Source of the DNA: Seison nebaliae
Taxonomy: Eukaryota
Direction: 5' to 3'
DNA length: 60,571 nucleotides
Assembly: GCA_023231475.1 (NCBI GenBank)
Contig: JALJEE010002723.1
Coordinates: forward strand, 1-60,571
Each line of letters begins with the position of its first letter. Positions within the stretch are counted from its first letter, which is position 1. The notes under the pieces are model-generated. The model had not been told where the DNA came from. It saw only the letters and a program-made list of their open reading frames with translations, and did no database searches. A program made the translations under genes and the position numbers. Of the stretch, positions 38,614-52,500 are shown piece after piece.

Positions 38614-41600
38614 ATGAAATATTTTTTGAGCATTCTCATTCTTTTCGTCATGGTAAACGAATATCGAATAAGTACTCAAGTGCTCAAATTTAAGGAATAT
38701 GAACATTGCAATTTAATTAATGAAGCAATACGATTGTTTTACAAAAGACTTTATCTCAATCATACGATCCGATATGATGGCGAAATAAAATCCATAGGAA
38801 GATTGGGTGAATTTAATGTTTGGAAATATTTCCTTCAACAAGATCGACTTACTCGACCGAGTAAATACGTGAATAATTCCTACTTCTCTACTACAACAGA
38901 AAAACCGATAACTTTTGATTTTCAAGAATTTGCGACGGATTATCGTAAAATTTTTGATAAACAAACTCTTAAAATCGATTTTTTCAAATTGCCACCCTTA
39001 ACCTTTTATGGACTCATCACACTCTTATTCATCATTTCTCTTCTTTCTGCATTGCTCTCCGTCATTTCAATTAAAGTTCAAGCAGGTCGAAAAGTTTCTT
39101 TTTCATTTTTCTCAAAATATTAATTCGAATATGGACACCAGGAACCGCTTGATACATTCTTCACTGCCGGAGGTCGTGTTAGTGCTGGATTGACGGCTAC
39201 TCAAATTATTAGTAAATGGATGCCATTAAGTACAATAACAACACCGGGTGCACATTTCGCATTAGTTTAAATTTTCAATATTTTGTTAATTACTATAGTT
39301 TTAATATAGAGTGGTATTGGTGCCGTATTTTGGGCAGTCACCGGCTATTTTGTTCAATTAATCTTCACCGCCTTAATCTCGTTACAGTTCAAGGTAACCG
39401 CGCCAGGAGCTAAAACATTTCTTCAAGTTTAATTCTATTAAAGTGATTTGAACATCTCCAAAAAATTTAATTTAGGCAATTCAAGCAAGATATTCGAAAA
39501 GAACGCATATCTTCTTCATCGCTTTTAGTGTTCTGACCAATATTATTTATGCAACATTCTTAATTGCAGGTTAACTTTCGTTGGAGGTTTATCTAATAGA
39601 AATATATTGTTATTTTAGAGGGAGCAGTATTAATTGAAGAAGTAACTGAGGACACATCATCAATAATCGCTGCTCTTTTGTTGATTATTCTCTCAGCTTG
39701 TTTTATATCAATCGCTGGTTTCGGAGGAATCGTTTATTTCTCTTATGTAAATGTTGCAGTCATATTTTGTGTATGTTTCTACATATCTTATATTGTTAGT
39801 TTTGTCTTTCTAACTTTTTTTTGAATAAATCCAATACTTAGATATTTCATGGATACAATCAAGATATTTATACTCTACCAAATGCCCGATTACCACAACA
39901 ATGTGTCGGTTAAATGTTTTTGAATGAAAAAAATGTTCAATAATATATTTCAGGTGATTATAGTCATATTTACAAATTATTAAATTGTCTCAAATCAGCA
40001 AATGAGAATAATTACAAAAATTCCTTATTAACCGTTTTTACCGCTGATGGAGCATGGTATGGGGCCATAACATTTTTTAGCACTCTCGGAATGAGTTTCG
40101 TCGACCAATCCTTCTGGCAAAATGGTATTTCCACAAGACCAAGAAAACTCGTTGAAGGTTTCATCATCGGTGGTATGGCTTTTTATCCATTGTCCATGTT
40201 AATGGGCATCGCATCAGGTTCCATTTAATCTTTCCTCATTCTTCACTTTTTTCGTAACAGGAAGTGCTTTCGTTAGTTTACAATATTGGCAATATGTCGG
40301 TTATGATGTATTAACGGATATAAATGACGCTTTAAATAAATCGAATGCAACTGACGTGGTGAATAATATACGACGATCTTTACCAGATCTTTCTTTGGTA
40401 GATCCGATAGAATATTCAACTTCAAAATTAGAAATTGGTTATTTTATTATTTTCCATGTTAATTAATTAATTATAATCAATTTGTAGGAAATTTATTTTT
40501 AGCTGCTGCTAATTTGCTTTACGGATCAATTGGAAGTAAACTAGTCATGGTAATTGCTATGTTTAGTGTTCCCGCAACTGTCTCTTCTGAACTATTAGCG
40601 ATCGCCAGTATAATGGTATATGACGTGTATTCGACATATATTATGGTTTTAATTAATTTTATGTATAAATCGTTCATTTCATTCACTTAGCCATTCCGAG
40701 TAGTGAAATCATTCCAAACTTGTATATTATGTGGGAAGGATCGAAATTTCTATACACGACAACAAGAAAGACAAAATGAATTACAATATGGACAGACGCC
40801 TCATGACGTCCTTCCAATAGACAATAGTTTAATGACGAAAAGTCATTCCCCAACAAGTCTCTCTTCATTTCTTAAGTTCATTAAAAAAACTGAACATTTT
40901 TTCGCTTCTTCAGGAGATAGAAAGAAGACTAAATCGAACAAAAAGAAAGCACGAGCCAAACGGATGAGTTGTGAAGATCGTAATAATTTGAAGGTGAGAA
41001 GGGATCATGCTGAAGCGTTTAGAATATTCTCATCTAATTGAATGAAATATAAATTTTAATATTTTCAGAAGTGATACCTTAGATATCGACACACCCAGTT
41101 TACATGATACAGCACAATCATCAGATGCTGAATTACCCGATACATCATATCACGATTCTAATATATTGAAAACTGCACGTCAACGTCTTAGAATGCGAAT
41201 GAAGAAGTCAAAGATTTGTACATGTGAATCCGTCACACATTGTTTGGCTTGTGAAGAAGATTATCGGTGCACTTTTCATCAACAATTCTTCATCTTATCA
41301 TTTCACTTAGTTATGAGGAACTATACAATCCAAGAAAAGATGGCTTCACAGTCAAAGTATATTTATGTCCAATGCATGGTGCTTATCGCGAATATACAAA
41401 TCGTATAATTGCCAAACGAAAATGGTTTATGTTCTTGTCGCCTGTTATGGTTGCAGTTTGTGTAACAATTATTTTATTTATCGGAGTTGGTTATTTTCGT
41501 CTCTTTAACATTTACATATATATACCAATAGTTATCACCACCCGTTCTAACATCATTACTTGCCTTATTAACTGTAAGTGCTGTTCCGGCTTTAGCAGGA

Positions 41601-42668
41601 ACTGTTTTTTGGGCAAGACAAACTACCACAGCGGTCATGAGTTCAGTAATATGTGGAAGCATTTGTTCATTCCTAGCATGGATAATATCTAGTTATCAAT
41701 ATGCTTTGAATACCAATCGGCAATTCAAATTGAAAGATCTAAGTTTCTTTTTTAATTCCAAATAAAATGATAATTCAGATGCCAATATAGTCAATACGAA
41801 AGCGTTCGTCATTGGTTGTATTAGTGGATTGAGCGTCAGTACATTTCTTGACATTTTCGTAACGTTTATCCAAACGAATTCCTACATTCAACATTTATAT
41901 GATTTCATAAGAAACAGACGACATAACGTTTCCATAAAAGTTTCTAATTATTCATTAAATTATTCATTAAAATTCAAAAATTGTCTTACATTTCCAGCAT
42001 ATCATTTTCAATTATCACTCAGAATTGAATACCAAATATAATGTGGATGTTAAGAATGAAGTGTGGAACAGAACGAGGGATATCGACAATGCTCTCCGAC
42101 CATGGACGGAAATTCTATCAGATGATTTCAATGTCGGATTAAAAGTTAGTCTGCTGAAATTTTTTTATAAAATTATTTGAAATATTATAATCATTTTCAT
42201 TTCTCTTTTATTAATCATTTCATTAGAGTTATGAATTAGGACAACGACCAAGTTATCGTCATTGTGAGAATCAAGTATCAAATTTATTTCGAATGACAAC
42301 ATTAACTTTTATTTGTTGTACGAGTATTATCGTCATCATTTGGCCGCTAGTCGAATATATTATAAATGATTTTTATGGAGCTGAAGCAGTTATGGGTAGA
42401 ATTTCTTTTCATGTTAACTTTTTTATTAATAATTTAATATTTATATGAAACTACTTTTCAGTTCATCATCATCTTCTTTGAATCCTGGTTGATGATTGCA
42501 GCAGTGTACTGTGTAATTTCACCTATTTTCTACGAAGGAGTTGTTCTCTATCAATCCCATAAATATCGACAGAATTTGAATTTGCAAGATGGAATGATGG
42601 ACATAGAAGATCTACCAAATGATTCTCTAAGTCCTTCAGAATTGCCCAACATTGAATCTATTGACTGA
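38614..42668 (+). CDS. DUR3: DUR3-like urea/solute:cation symporter (SSS family), about 16 exons
   Basis: Spliced translation gives DTFFTAGGRVSAGLTATQIISKW, SGIGAVFWAVTGYFVQ, FKVTAPGAKTFLQAIQARYS, FVDQSFWQNGISTRP..GFIIGG, SSELLAIASIMVYDVYSTYI, CPMHGAYREY, SAVPALAGTVFW, RDIDNALRPW, collinear with DUR3 motifs. Stop TGA at 42666-42668. Confidence 0.82.
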
Positions 42669-42863
42669 AAACAGGAATGGCAAAAGATATTTAGAAAAAA
42701 AATTTATGGAATTTTAAATTGATTTTCGAATGTTCGTGGAAAATTTTATTATTTTAATTTTTTACCATTAGGGTTTGGATCAACAGCATCGTAATTTTTT
42801 TAGTAAAAATTGAAAACGATTCATTTAGCGCTGATGATTTCCACTTACAAATTGTAATTGGAA

Positions 42864-45800
42864 TTATTTCGTGATATCCTTCAAAAATTTCATGTGATTA
42901 ATATAGCCACGATGATTTGGATCATAGAAACTGATTATACAGTTTATATCATCAGCGTCCACTTTTTTAGTATTCAATTTCATTAAAGTGTTTCGGAAAT
43001 CGTTTATTTCTATTTTTCCTGTTTTCTTCACGTCGATATTAACGAAAGTTTTCCTGAGTTCTTTTGAATGTTTACCAAGCTAACAAAAGAAGTGAAACCT
43101 ATGTATAAAAAATTTTTGGGAACTTTCTTTTTGAAAATGGAGAGCATTGAATTTATATCATACGTTTCAATACCTCGTGTGTTGGTTCGTGTTTGTCGAG
43201 TTACGTTTTTACCATTGGACATTTCTTGGTTATTTGCAGCAACTACATGAGGTGACTTCCCCGTGGTTAACATTGAATGAATACTTTCGTTGTTATTCTC
43301 ACTCTGCAATGAATGATATCGCATCGTATTATTCCTGGCGAATGGTCGAAGAAATTCAGTATAATTTACTCTGAAATTTATCGTTTAAAATGATGAATGA
43401 TAGTCTCCGAAAGAAACTTGTTATTGAGAGGATCGACAAATTTTGTTATTAATCTTTCTAAATCGTTATTGTTCAAACGAACTTCAAATTCTTGAAAAAT
43501 ACGTTTCAATTGATTTTGTTCAACGAATCCATTCTTTTGACTATCCATATGATGAAGCGCTGCTCGTAGTTGTTCGAAATTTATATCTAACTAAACTCAA
43601 GAAAAATCGAGAATTTATTAGAAAAATTAATTAAGAAAACTTTGTTTCTTAGAATGATATCTAGAATCTCTTTATCCGAATTTAATTTATTGGATCTTTT
43701 CATAAAATCACTGTCTCCAAATTGTGGAGGATTCCTTTTTGAATTTGCAAAATGGGCGCTCTTTTTCGAATAACCGAAATGTCGTGCAAATTCCCAAAAA
43801 TCTAAACATTTATTCTTCTTCAACAAGAATGTATCCCATAGTTTCTCGACTTCATTCCTCTTAAAAGGTTCATCAAAATTCAATCTATTCCACGTAATTT
43901 TAAATTGAGAAGAATTCTGAAAATTGATTTAAAACCTTTTAAGAAATAAATAAAATTTCTCTTGAGACATTTGTCCATCATTCATATCATCAATTTCTTC
44001 AAATTCTTTTTCCACTATATTGAATCGATGCTTTACCACATATTTCAATATGCGATTCATCTAAAATAATTAATAAAATTAAAAATTATACTTGAATAAT
44101 TAACTTCTTCAATTGTTCTCTTTCCGGGATCATGTTTAGTTGTTGGAAATTGGGAATCCGAACGAGAAGTACTAGAATTACTGAACGGGGTTGCTCGACT
44201 ATCGACTTTGCTAGTAGGAAAAATCAGATGATTCTCTTGTTTCTTATTATATCCAGTTTCCGTCCAACCAATTGCTGAATTCTTCAACGAGGAATCGAAT
44301 TGTGATAACCAATCACCATATTTCACTTGTCCTACAATAAGGAATAATTTTGAAAAAAATATAATTAAAAATCACCTGAATTAGTCAGGGGAACATTTTG
44401 AAGATATTCTTCAAATTCTTCGTCAGTAAATTTTATACCAAGTTTATCTTCAATTATTTCTCGAAATTGCATCACTCGAATTGAACCATTTACTTGACGA
44501 TCGTTCATTCTGTTCAATAAAAGAATAATTTGATATAAAGAAAAGTGGAAGGCATTAACTTAAATTTTTCCATGAGATTCAAAAAATCATGATGCATTAA
44601 TCGTAATAAAGAATTCTCAACGAACTGTAAATTTAATTTCTGTTCATTTTCCAAATATTTGAAGTGTCTAAAAGAAGTTTAGGAATGGATGAAAACACAT
44701 TGAAAGGTTAGTCAGTTGATTAAATAAACTTATTATGTTCTTTTGATTCATTCTCTCTAATAATTTTATTTACCATTCCATATTGACCTCTAGAATTGAA
44801 CACTTCTAATACTTTCTCATAAGGGATCGACGTTTTGCATTCACTCAACAAATTACAACGATCGAAAAACACATCCAATAAATTCGCTTCCAAAGGCAAA
44901 CCGAATTCGTTGAGAATTTTCCAAAATTCCATTCGTGAAATCTTTATGAAAATTAATTTGATTATTTAAATAAGAAAAGTCTAGGAAAACTTTTCCTTCT
45001 TTCTTTTTATCTAATTTCCTGAACTTATGTCTCAGTTGTTGATATCCATCTGATATTATATCGTTTATCCAATTGTCAATAGAAGAAATTATTTCTTTCC
45101 GACTTTTTGTTTCATTTTTAGTTGAACGAATTCTTCCGATAAATTCTTCATTCTCCAATAACTCTCGGACATCATTGCAATCTAACGGATTTTTATGTGT
45201 TCCTTGAGAGAGACTGACGGAAAAATTATCATAATGAAATTTGAGGATAAATTTGAACATTTTCCATAATTTTTCATATTCATCAAGTCCCACCGATACC
45301 GAATTGTTTAATAGAAATGAATATATTTCGGCTTTGTATACTTTCTTCGTTTGATTTCCTTTAGTATTTGGGAGAATATTCATTAACTCTAATTCTCTAC
45401 AAAAGTTTTGTAAATAATATTCGTATGAAATAATCTACTTACTCGTTTCTCAAAGATTCTTTTAAGAATTCAATCATTTCATCTACTGACACTGAATTGT
45501 TTCCTGATGTGGTTGAATGTAATTGGTACATTGATCGAGAAACGGGATTCCTTGAAGAAAAGTGGTCGCTATTTTGTCCTGAATTGTTCTTCTCCTCAAT
45601 ACTTAAAACAGCATCGAAAAACTGACTATATCTAAAGAAAATTTTTAATGTTAATTTTATTAGAAAGAAAATATAACGATATTTCTTTCTTTGATTCCAA
45701 ATTGAATTTCGAGAGAAGTTTATTGAAATCATTCGAATTCAGATGAAATTTTGCACCCAAAATATTTGATAAAATATGATGTAAGGATTGTTTGGAAACA

Positions 45801-46484
45801 ACGCCATTGCCTAAACGGTAAGGAATATTGAAAAAAAATTTTCAAAAAATATTTAAAAGTTTTCCAAAAATTATTGGAAGGAACCTTTAGGGTCGAAGTT
45901 GATAAATTTACATTTTATTTCATGAGAATTTGATTTGACTTTCATACGAATATGAGTTTTTAACTCATTCACTTCTAATTCATCTATATTCGAAATTTTG
46001 TGAAGAGGTGAATTGGATGGAGGAATATTAGAGAAATGTTCTTATTCTATATTAGAATGAAAATTTAGTGAAAAATCCAACCGATTCGATTGAGAACATT
46101 CATCTTCTTGGTATTCTTTTTCCGATATCTATCCTTGTACGATTCACGTGACCATTGTGAAATGGATGAAGAAACTCGTGAATTCAGTTGTTGATAACTT
46201 CTCGACATCATACTACTTCGTCTGGACGATATACGAGAGAACAAGTTCTGATTGGGAACTGAAGTACCGTCGTAATTGGCATCTCCAAATGTTTGAGTTC
46301 GTCTCATAAGTGACTTTGATTGTGGAAGGAGATCAGTATTACTGAAACGTTTCTGTCTTAAAATTGGATGTTCGATCGGGATTTGAAGTGGAGTTCGATT
46401 TCGGTGAGTCGAAGGATTTTTCTCCTTAAATTCATTTCCTCTTGAAAAACTGGATTGAACAACATGAGCTGCAACAGCTGCCAT
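42864..46484 (-). CDS. Multi-EF-hand calcium-binding protein, EFCAB6-like, many short introns
   Basis: Repeated EF-hand-like segments (FINFDPKG, FRKLDKKKEGK, FYDPNHRGYINHMKF*), plus LDFWEFARHFGYS...PPQFGDSDFMKRSNKLNS resembling EFCAB6. Full exon structure only partly resolved. Confidence 0.7.
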
Positions 46485-47450
46485 TTCTGGTCTTTCTGTT
46501 GATAGACAATACGATTAAAGATCTAATGAAGAAAATAATTCAAAAGAAATAATTATCCATTCCTTCTCATTAAACATCATCCTGATCAATAACGTTGTTG
46601 TTCTTAATAAGAAATTATGGAAAATATTATTCTCAATTAACTTGCAGTCTGTCGTATAGAACTTTATTTCGACATATGTCTTTGAAGTGAAGGCGAAAAA
46701 AAATCAATTCAATGCCAAACGAACCGATAGTCGTGACAACCATTTTCAGGATTGAATCGTTTTCATTCAATTTCACTAACCATCGTTCACCTCTTATCAG
46801 GACACGACGCTTTCCGATTGTAAGAAATAAATATAATTCGATTTGTTTAGTTCTTCTAACGAGTGTCACACATATCTTCAAACATCCATTTCCTCACGTA
46901 ATTCACACTTCGTCTTCTATTTATTAGCTGGAAGTCAGACAAATCAAAAACAATTTTTGTTTTGACACGTTGAATGGAAATTAATCAAATGGATCGAAGA
47001 TTCTATTTTACAATAATCAACTCTATCCCATTCAATCGTATCACTTATCGATAATGATGAAATTCCCCAAGAAATTGAAGAAAGACTAGATGGATCTAGT
47101 CAAGTGAATTATGCGAAGTGTTTCCAATAATTATTCACTTACTAAATTTATTAACTGTGAAGTGCGAGTGCATCATGTGATAATAATTTTAAATGAACTA
47201 CTTCCGCATTATAATTAAATGCAACAAATAATACTTCGAAGAAAAAAAAGTCACCCGACTAATCCTAAAAAGTTTAGGCAAAGATTAATTTTTTCTATTT
47301 CCGTTTAACTCTCCTACACTTCTCCAATAAATTCCTAACATTAGGAAGGTGAAATTTCGTTAGAAACAAGAATGAAGAAAAACTTTGGAAAAAAAACTTT
47401 CATCCTCTTCATTTTCCTTATTTTCTTTTATTAAATTTCTTAAATTACAT

Positions 47451-47777
47451 TCACGGAATTTTTCTAGGTTTTGGAGTATAATATCGTTTTATACCCAAAT
47501 CGTCCTCTGACTTTCTTTCACCTTCCTTCTTTTGTTCGTTCACCTCATCCTTTTTTCCTTCCTGTGGTGTCATGTTGTTGTAGAATTTTCGATCACACAA
47601 CTTGTTATCAATTTTATTGCCTATATCATAATATTTAATCTCGGCCGTATATTTTCTCTTCAGTTGTTCAGCAGTTAACTGATTATCCGGAATATTCAAA
47701 AGTGATTCTCTCGTCATTAGATGTTTCGACATATGATCTGTAAAAGGGGGGATTGGATATTTTCTATTTTTTGTCAA
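47451..47777 (-). CDS. Possible small orphan protein or terminal exon (108 aa)
   Basis: Stop-free 327 bp of higher-complexity sequence in an AT-rich spacer; starts at TTG, so may need an upstream exon. No recognised motif. Confidence 0.35.
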   Translation of the reverse strand: MTKNRKYPIPPFTDHMSKHLMTRESLLNIPDNQLTAEQLKRKYTAEIKYYDIGNKIDNKLCDRKFYNNMTPQEGKKDEVNEQKKEGERKSEDDLGIKRYYTPKPRKIP

Positions 47778-49592
47778 TATTTCTCTTTTCTCTTTTCTGT
47801 TTTTTCATTTTGAATTATTTTATTCGAAAATGGAATCACAATTTTCGATTTAACTAAACATTTAACATAATGATCAATGATCTTAATGTCCGTAATGAAT
47901 TTTCTTTCATAAAAAATGAGAGAATAATTATGTTACGTGTTATCGATTTTTTATCACATGTATGATGCAAGAAAGAAAGCGCCTGGACTAAATAAAACAA
48001 TCCTAACTCAACTGAAATTGTTTTTTCGTCCAGTTACTAATTTACCGTTTAATTTCTATTATTGTTTCTCCAATTTCATGATAGAAAGTTGGTGAGTTTA
48101 TAGAATGATGAAATTTTATTTCGATCAGAAATAATTTTGTTATGTATTTTTAAATTCTTATTAATTTTATTCAATAATCAATAAGTTGTTAAAATTAATG
48201 TTCTTACTATTTCTTATGAATTTGATGATTTAATTAACATTTCTCTTTCGATTTTCTATTTATTCATTTGCATATTCCATTTTGATTAATATAAATCTCA
48301 TTAATAAAATCTTTTGTTCTTCCTTTTTCGACAATTTTCCAACTCATTTAATACATCTCAAATTTCATTTTATTTTCTCTCATCTCTACAGGAAAGTTAT
48401 CAAGTGCTCGAATATGTTCACTCCCTAAATCTTACAATAATAAAAAAAAAAAAATAAACAACTTTAAGATTATAGTTATTCATTGAAATAGTTCTCAAGT
48501 TTTATTGTAATGGTGTAAAGAAAAAGAATTTCCTTAATTTATTATTCAGCAGTTCAGTTTTCGACTAACAATTAGAAAGTAAGGAAATTTATTAGAACTT
48601 GTAAGTTATTATAATAAGAAAGTTGAAATTCAGCTAAACAATAAATAGGAACTAATAAGAGTAAATTAGTATGTTAAGGTAATATTTGGAGATGCGATTT
48701 TTTGAACATTTTCATTCCAGTACAAATAGCCAGTAACCATGTCGTATACGATTTTTAATTTCAAAAGGTATTAATATGTTGACGTTTCATCAATCAAATG
48801 AATAAACTGAATCAAAATTCACTCAGCAAAATTAAATAAAATTATTCCAATAACAAAATGTCTTCCAAAAATCAGATTCCTATTTATTTAATTATCCATC
48901 ATATCCAATGATGTTTGTTAATGGTTAAAAAAGGAATATTTTACCAATTGTTCTATCGAAGTACCTTATTTCATTATGAAAATAGTCTTGGACTGATCAG
49001 AATATTTAAAAACTAAGCTTTAGTTTCGGCGGATATTTAAAAAACTATTAAGAATTAAGCTTAGTTCAGGAAATTCGTCACTTTAGCTCGACGAACAGAG
49101 AAATGCATTACATAATCGTCTGTAATAGACATGTGCTCTTATTAACTAAGAGAGATGGTTTATACAGAATATCTCTCTTTTCGTCAATTATATTCGTCGA
49201 TACAGCATGTGTTAAAATGAGTGCATTATTCGTTAAAGAAATAGTTGTGCAGGAAAGGTGAATAAGCGCGAGCGAATAGATAGAGAGAAATTGTTCAGGA
49301 AGTAAATATTATTACTTCTCGCATAAATTCCTGCCAATCTATCTGGCAATCACTAATTAATTGTTCGTAGTACATCGTCCTAATTATCAATGATGTTATA
49401 TGAACATCTAAGTTAAGAATTGATCTAAATAATGAGACTTGATACATCTACTAATACAATTGGGATATTTGATAAAATATAACTAAGAATATTATCGACT
49501 ATTTTATGAATTCGTCTCAATTAATTCTACAAATTCAATTTGATATCTTTCAAAAACGTTATTTCTCATAATCTTCGATAATTTGAAGTATA

Positions 49593-52500
49593 ATGCATCG
49601 ACAAGAAATGACGGCTTCTCCTCAATTTGATATCATATCGTCCTCTGCTTCTATGACTGGAAATCGACGTATGATGCATAGTGCAGGATTAGCTACTAGT
49701 AGTGGCATTTCTAGTGCCAACCCATTTGGTATTATCGATATGCCGAACCCGAACATCTCACAAAACGTTCCTAAACCAGGAACCTTTCGTTACGCAATGA
49801 AAAAATTGTTCGAAACATTATCACTACCAGGTGGAAACACAAGATCATTGTTTATTTTTGGAGAGAAGAATTTCATCAGACGACAAGCAAAAAAACTGAT
49901 TGAATGGGGTCCATTTGAATATCTTGTTCTGTTGACAATTATAGCGAATTGTATCGTTTTGGCATTAGAAGAGCATCTTCCGAATGGCGATAAAGCGACA
50001 CTTGCATTGGAATTGGAAAAGACGGAAATGTATTTCATTATCATATTTACGGTGGAAGCAATGTTTAAGATTGTTGCTTTGGGTTTTATTCTAAACAAGA
50101 AAGCGTATCTCCGAAATGTGTGGAATATTATTGATTTTATAGTAGTTGTTACTGGATTTATCACTGTATATGCAGCAAGTAGTTCGTTCGACTTAAGAAC
50201 ATTGAGAGCTGTTCGAGTACTTCGACCATTAAAATTAGTGTCAGGAATACCCAGTTAAATTTTTTTTTAAAATTCAATTCAATTTCTTTTTTCGCAATCT
50301 GAAGGTTTACAAGTTGTTCTTAAATCAATCATCAAAGCGATGATTCCACTTATTCAAATTGGTTTATTGGTCTTATTCTTCATTGTGGTCTTCGCCATTA
50401 TCGGTCTAGAATTTTATAGCGGAATTTTCCATTTCACTTGTTTTGATAAAGAAACTAGTTATTTTTTTACTCATTTCGGTTTTAATAAAATATTTTTTAA
50501 AAGATGAAATATCTTTCAAAGGTGATGTAACTCCTTGTTTATCTAATCCGGATAAACCGTTCAGTTATTCAATTTTAATAAAATTTGAGTTCTTTATTTT
50601 TTTCAGTTTCGAGTGGAGCTTTCCGATGTGAAGCTAACTTCGGATCAACATCTCAATGTCGATTATATTGGGAAGGTCCTAATTATGGTATCACCAGTTT
50701 CGATCATATCGGTTATGCCATGCTTACCGTCTTCCAATGCATAACAATGGAAGGATGGACTGATGTTCTTTATTGGGTTAAATTTTAAGTAAATCTTACA
50801 ATTCATTAAATTATTTTAATAGGCAAATGATGCGGTTGGTCATTTGTTCAATGCACTCTACTTCCTGACAATTATCGTTATTGGATCGATGTTTATGTTG
50901 AACTTAATTTTGGGAGTACTTAGTGGGTTTGTGAATTTCATTTGAGATTATTTTAATGAAAAATTCTAAAATTTATTAGAGAATTCGCTAAAGAAAGAGA
51001 ACGGGTGGAAAACCGTCGGACATTCCTCAAATCTCGACGACAGAAACAAATTGAGAAGGAAATTAATGGATATATGAATTGGATATTTCGAGCTGAAGAA
51101 TCGTTATTAAGTGAAGAACATACCACCGATGCTATCAAGAGACAAATATTGGAATGTTAAACTTTTTTATGAGTTTTATTAATTTCGAATAAAATGGAAT
51201 TATAGCGAGAAGATATGCAGCTCAAAAGAGTATTAAAGGACCAATGAAAGCTGATGAAATGGAGGAAGAGGAAGACGATGATGAAGATGAGGAGGATGAT
51301 GAATATGATGATAATCCGTGGAAGGAATATTGTGATTGTAAGAAATTTAAAGCCAGAATGCGATTACGTATGAGAAAAGCAATAAAAACACAAATATTTT
51401 ATTGGACAGTTATTCTTCTCGTGTTTTTGAATACGGTTTGTGTAGCTGTCGAACATTATAATCAACCACAATGGCTCACAGATTTTTTAGGTTTGAAATA
51501 TTTTTCAATTTGAAAAATTGAATTTTATTATAAATTTAGCATGGGCTGAATATGTTTTCATACTTCTTTTTCTGAGTGAGATGTGGTTTAAGATGTATGC
51601 TCTTGGTCTATCACTCTACTTTAAATCGTCATTCAACATCTTCGATTGTGTTGTTAGTAGGAAATATTTACTCCCTTCATTTTATCAACTCATTTGCAGG
51701 TAATTGTTGGAAGTATATTTGAGATTGTGTGGGCGACATTTAAAGACGAATCTTTCGGTATATCTGTTTTACGATCTTTGAGATTATTACGAATATTCAA
51801 AGTGACAAGGTTTCTCCCTCATTTTTTTCTTTTCTTTAAATTATTTTCGATGTTTTTTTTAAGATATTGGGCTAGTCTTCGAAGTCTTGTCATTTCGTTA
51901 CTCAATTCAATGAGATCAATTATTTCTCTTCTATTTCTATTATTTTTATTCATTCTGATTTTCGCTCTATTGGGAATGCAATTGTTTGGTGGCGAATGGA
52001 ACTTCCCTGAAGGTAAACCACCCGCCAATTTCGATACTTTTGTAGTTTCATTATTGACCGTTTTCCAAATTCTAACTGGAGAGGATTGGAACGAAGTAAT
52101 GTATGATGGAATTCGTAGCAAGCAACGTGGTAGTGGTGGAAATGGATTATTATATTCTATTTTCTTTATAGTTCTCGTCATTTTCGGAAGTTATACATTG
52201 TTAAATGTCTTTTTGGCTATTGCTGTCGATAATTTGACAAATGCACAAGCAATTGAAGAAGCTGGAAAAGAGTTGGAAGAGAAGATTGGGAAGGATCTTC
52301 CTCCTACTGCTAATGGTGCAAATAATCCGAATGCTGCACTGAATGTTGTGTCACGGGCATTTGGTGGATTAAGTCGTGGAACGACTCCATTACCATTTGG
52401 GGCAGCAAGACAAGCTGCATTGCAAGTACAAAGTCGTGCTGCCACACCATTTGATTCGTCGAACAGTACCGCTACTCCTGGAATGTTAATGTTCTTATCT

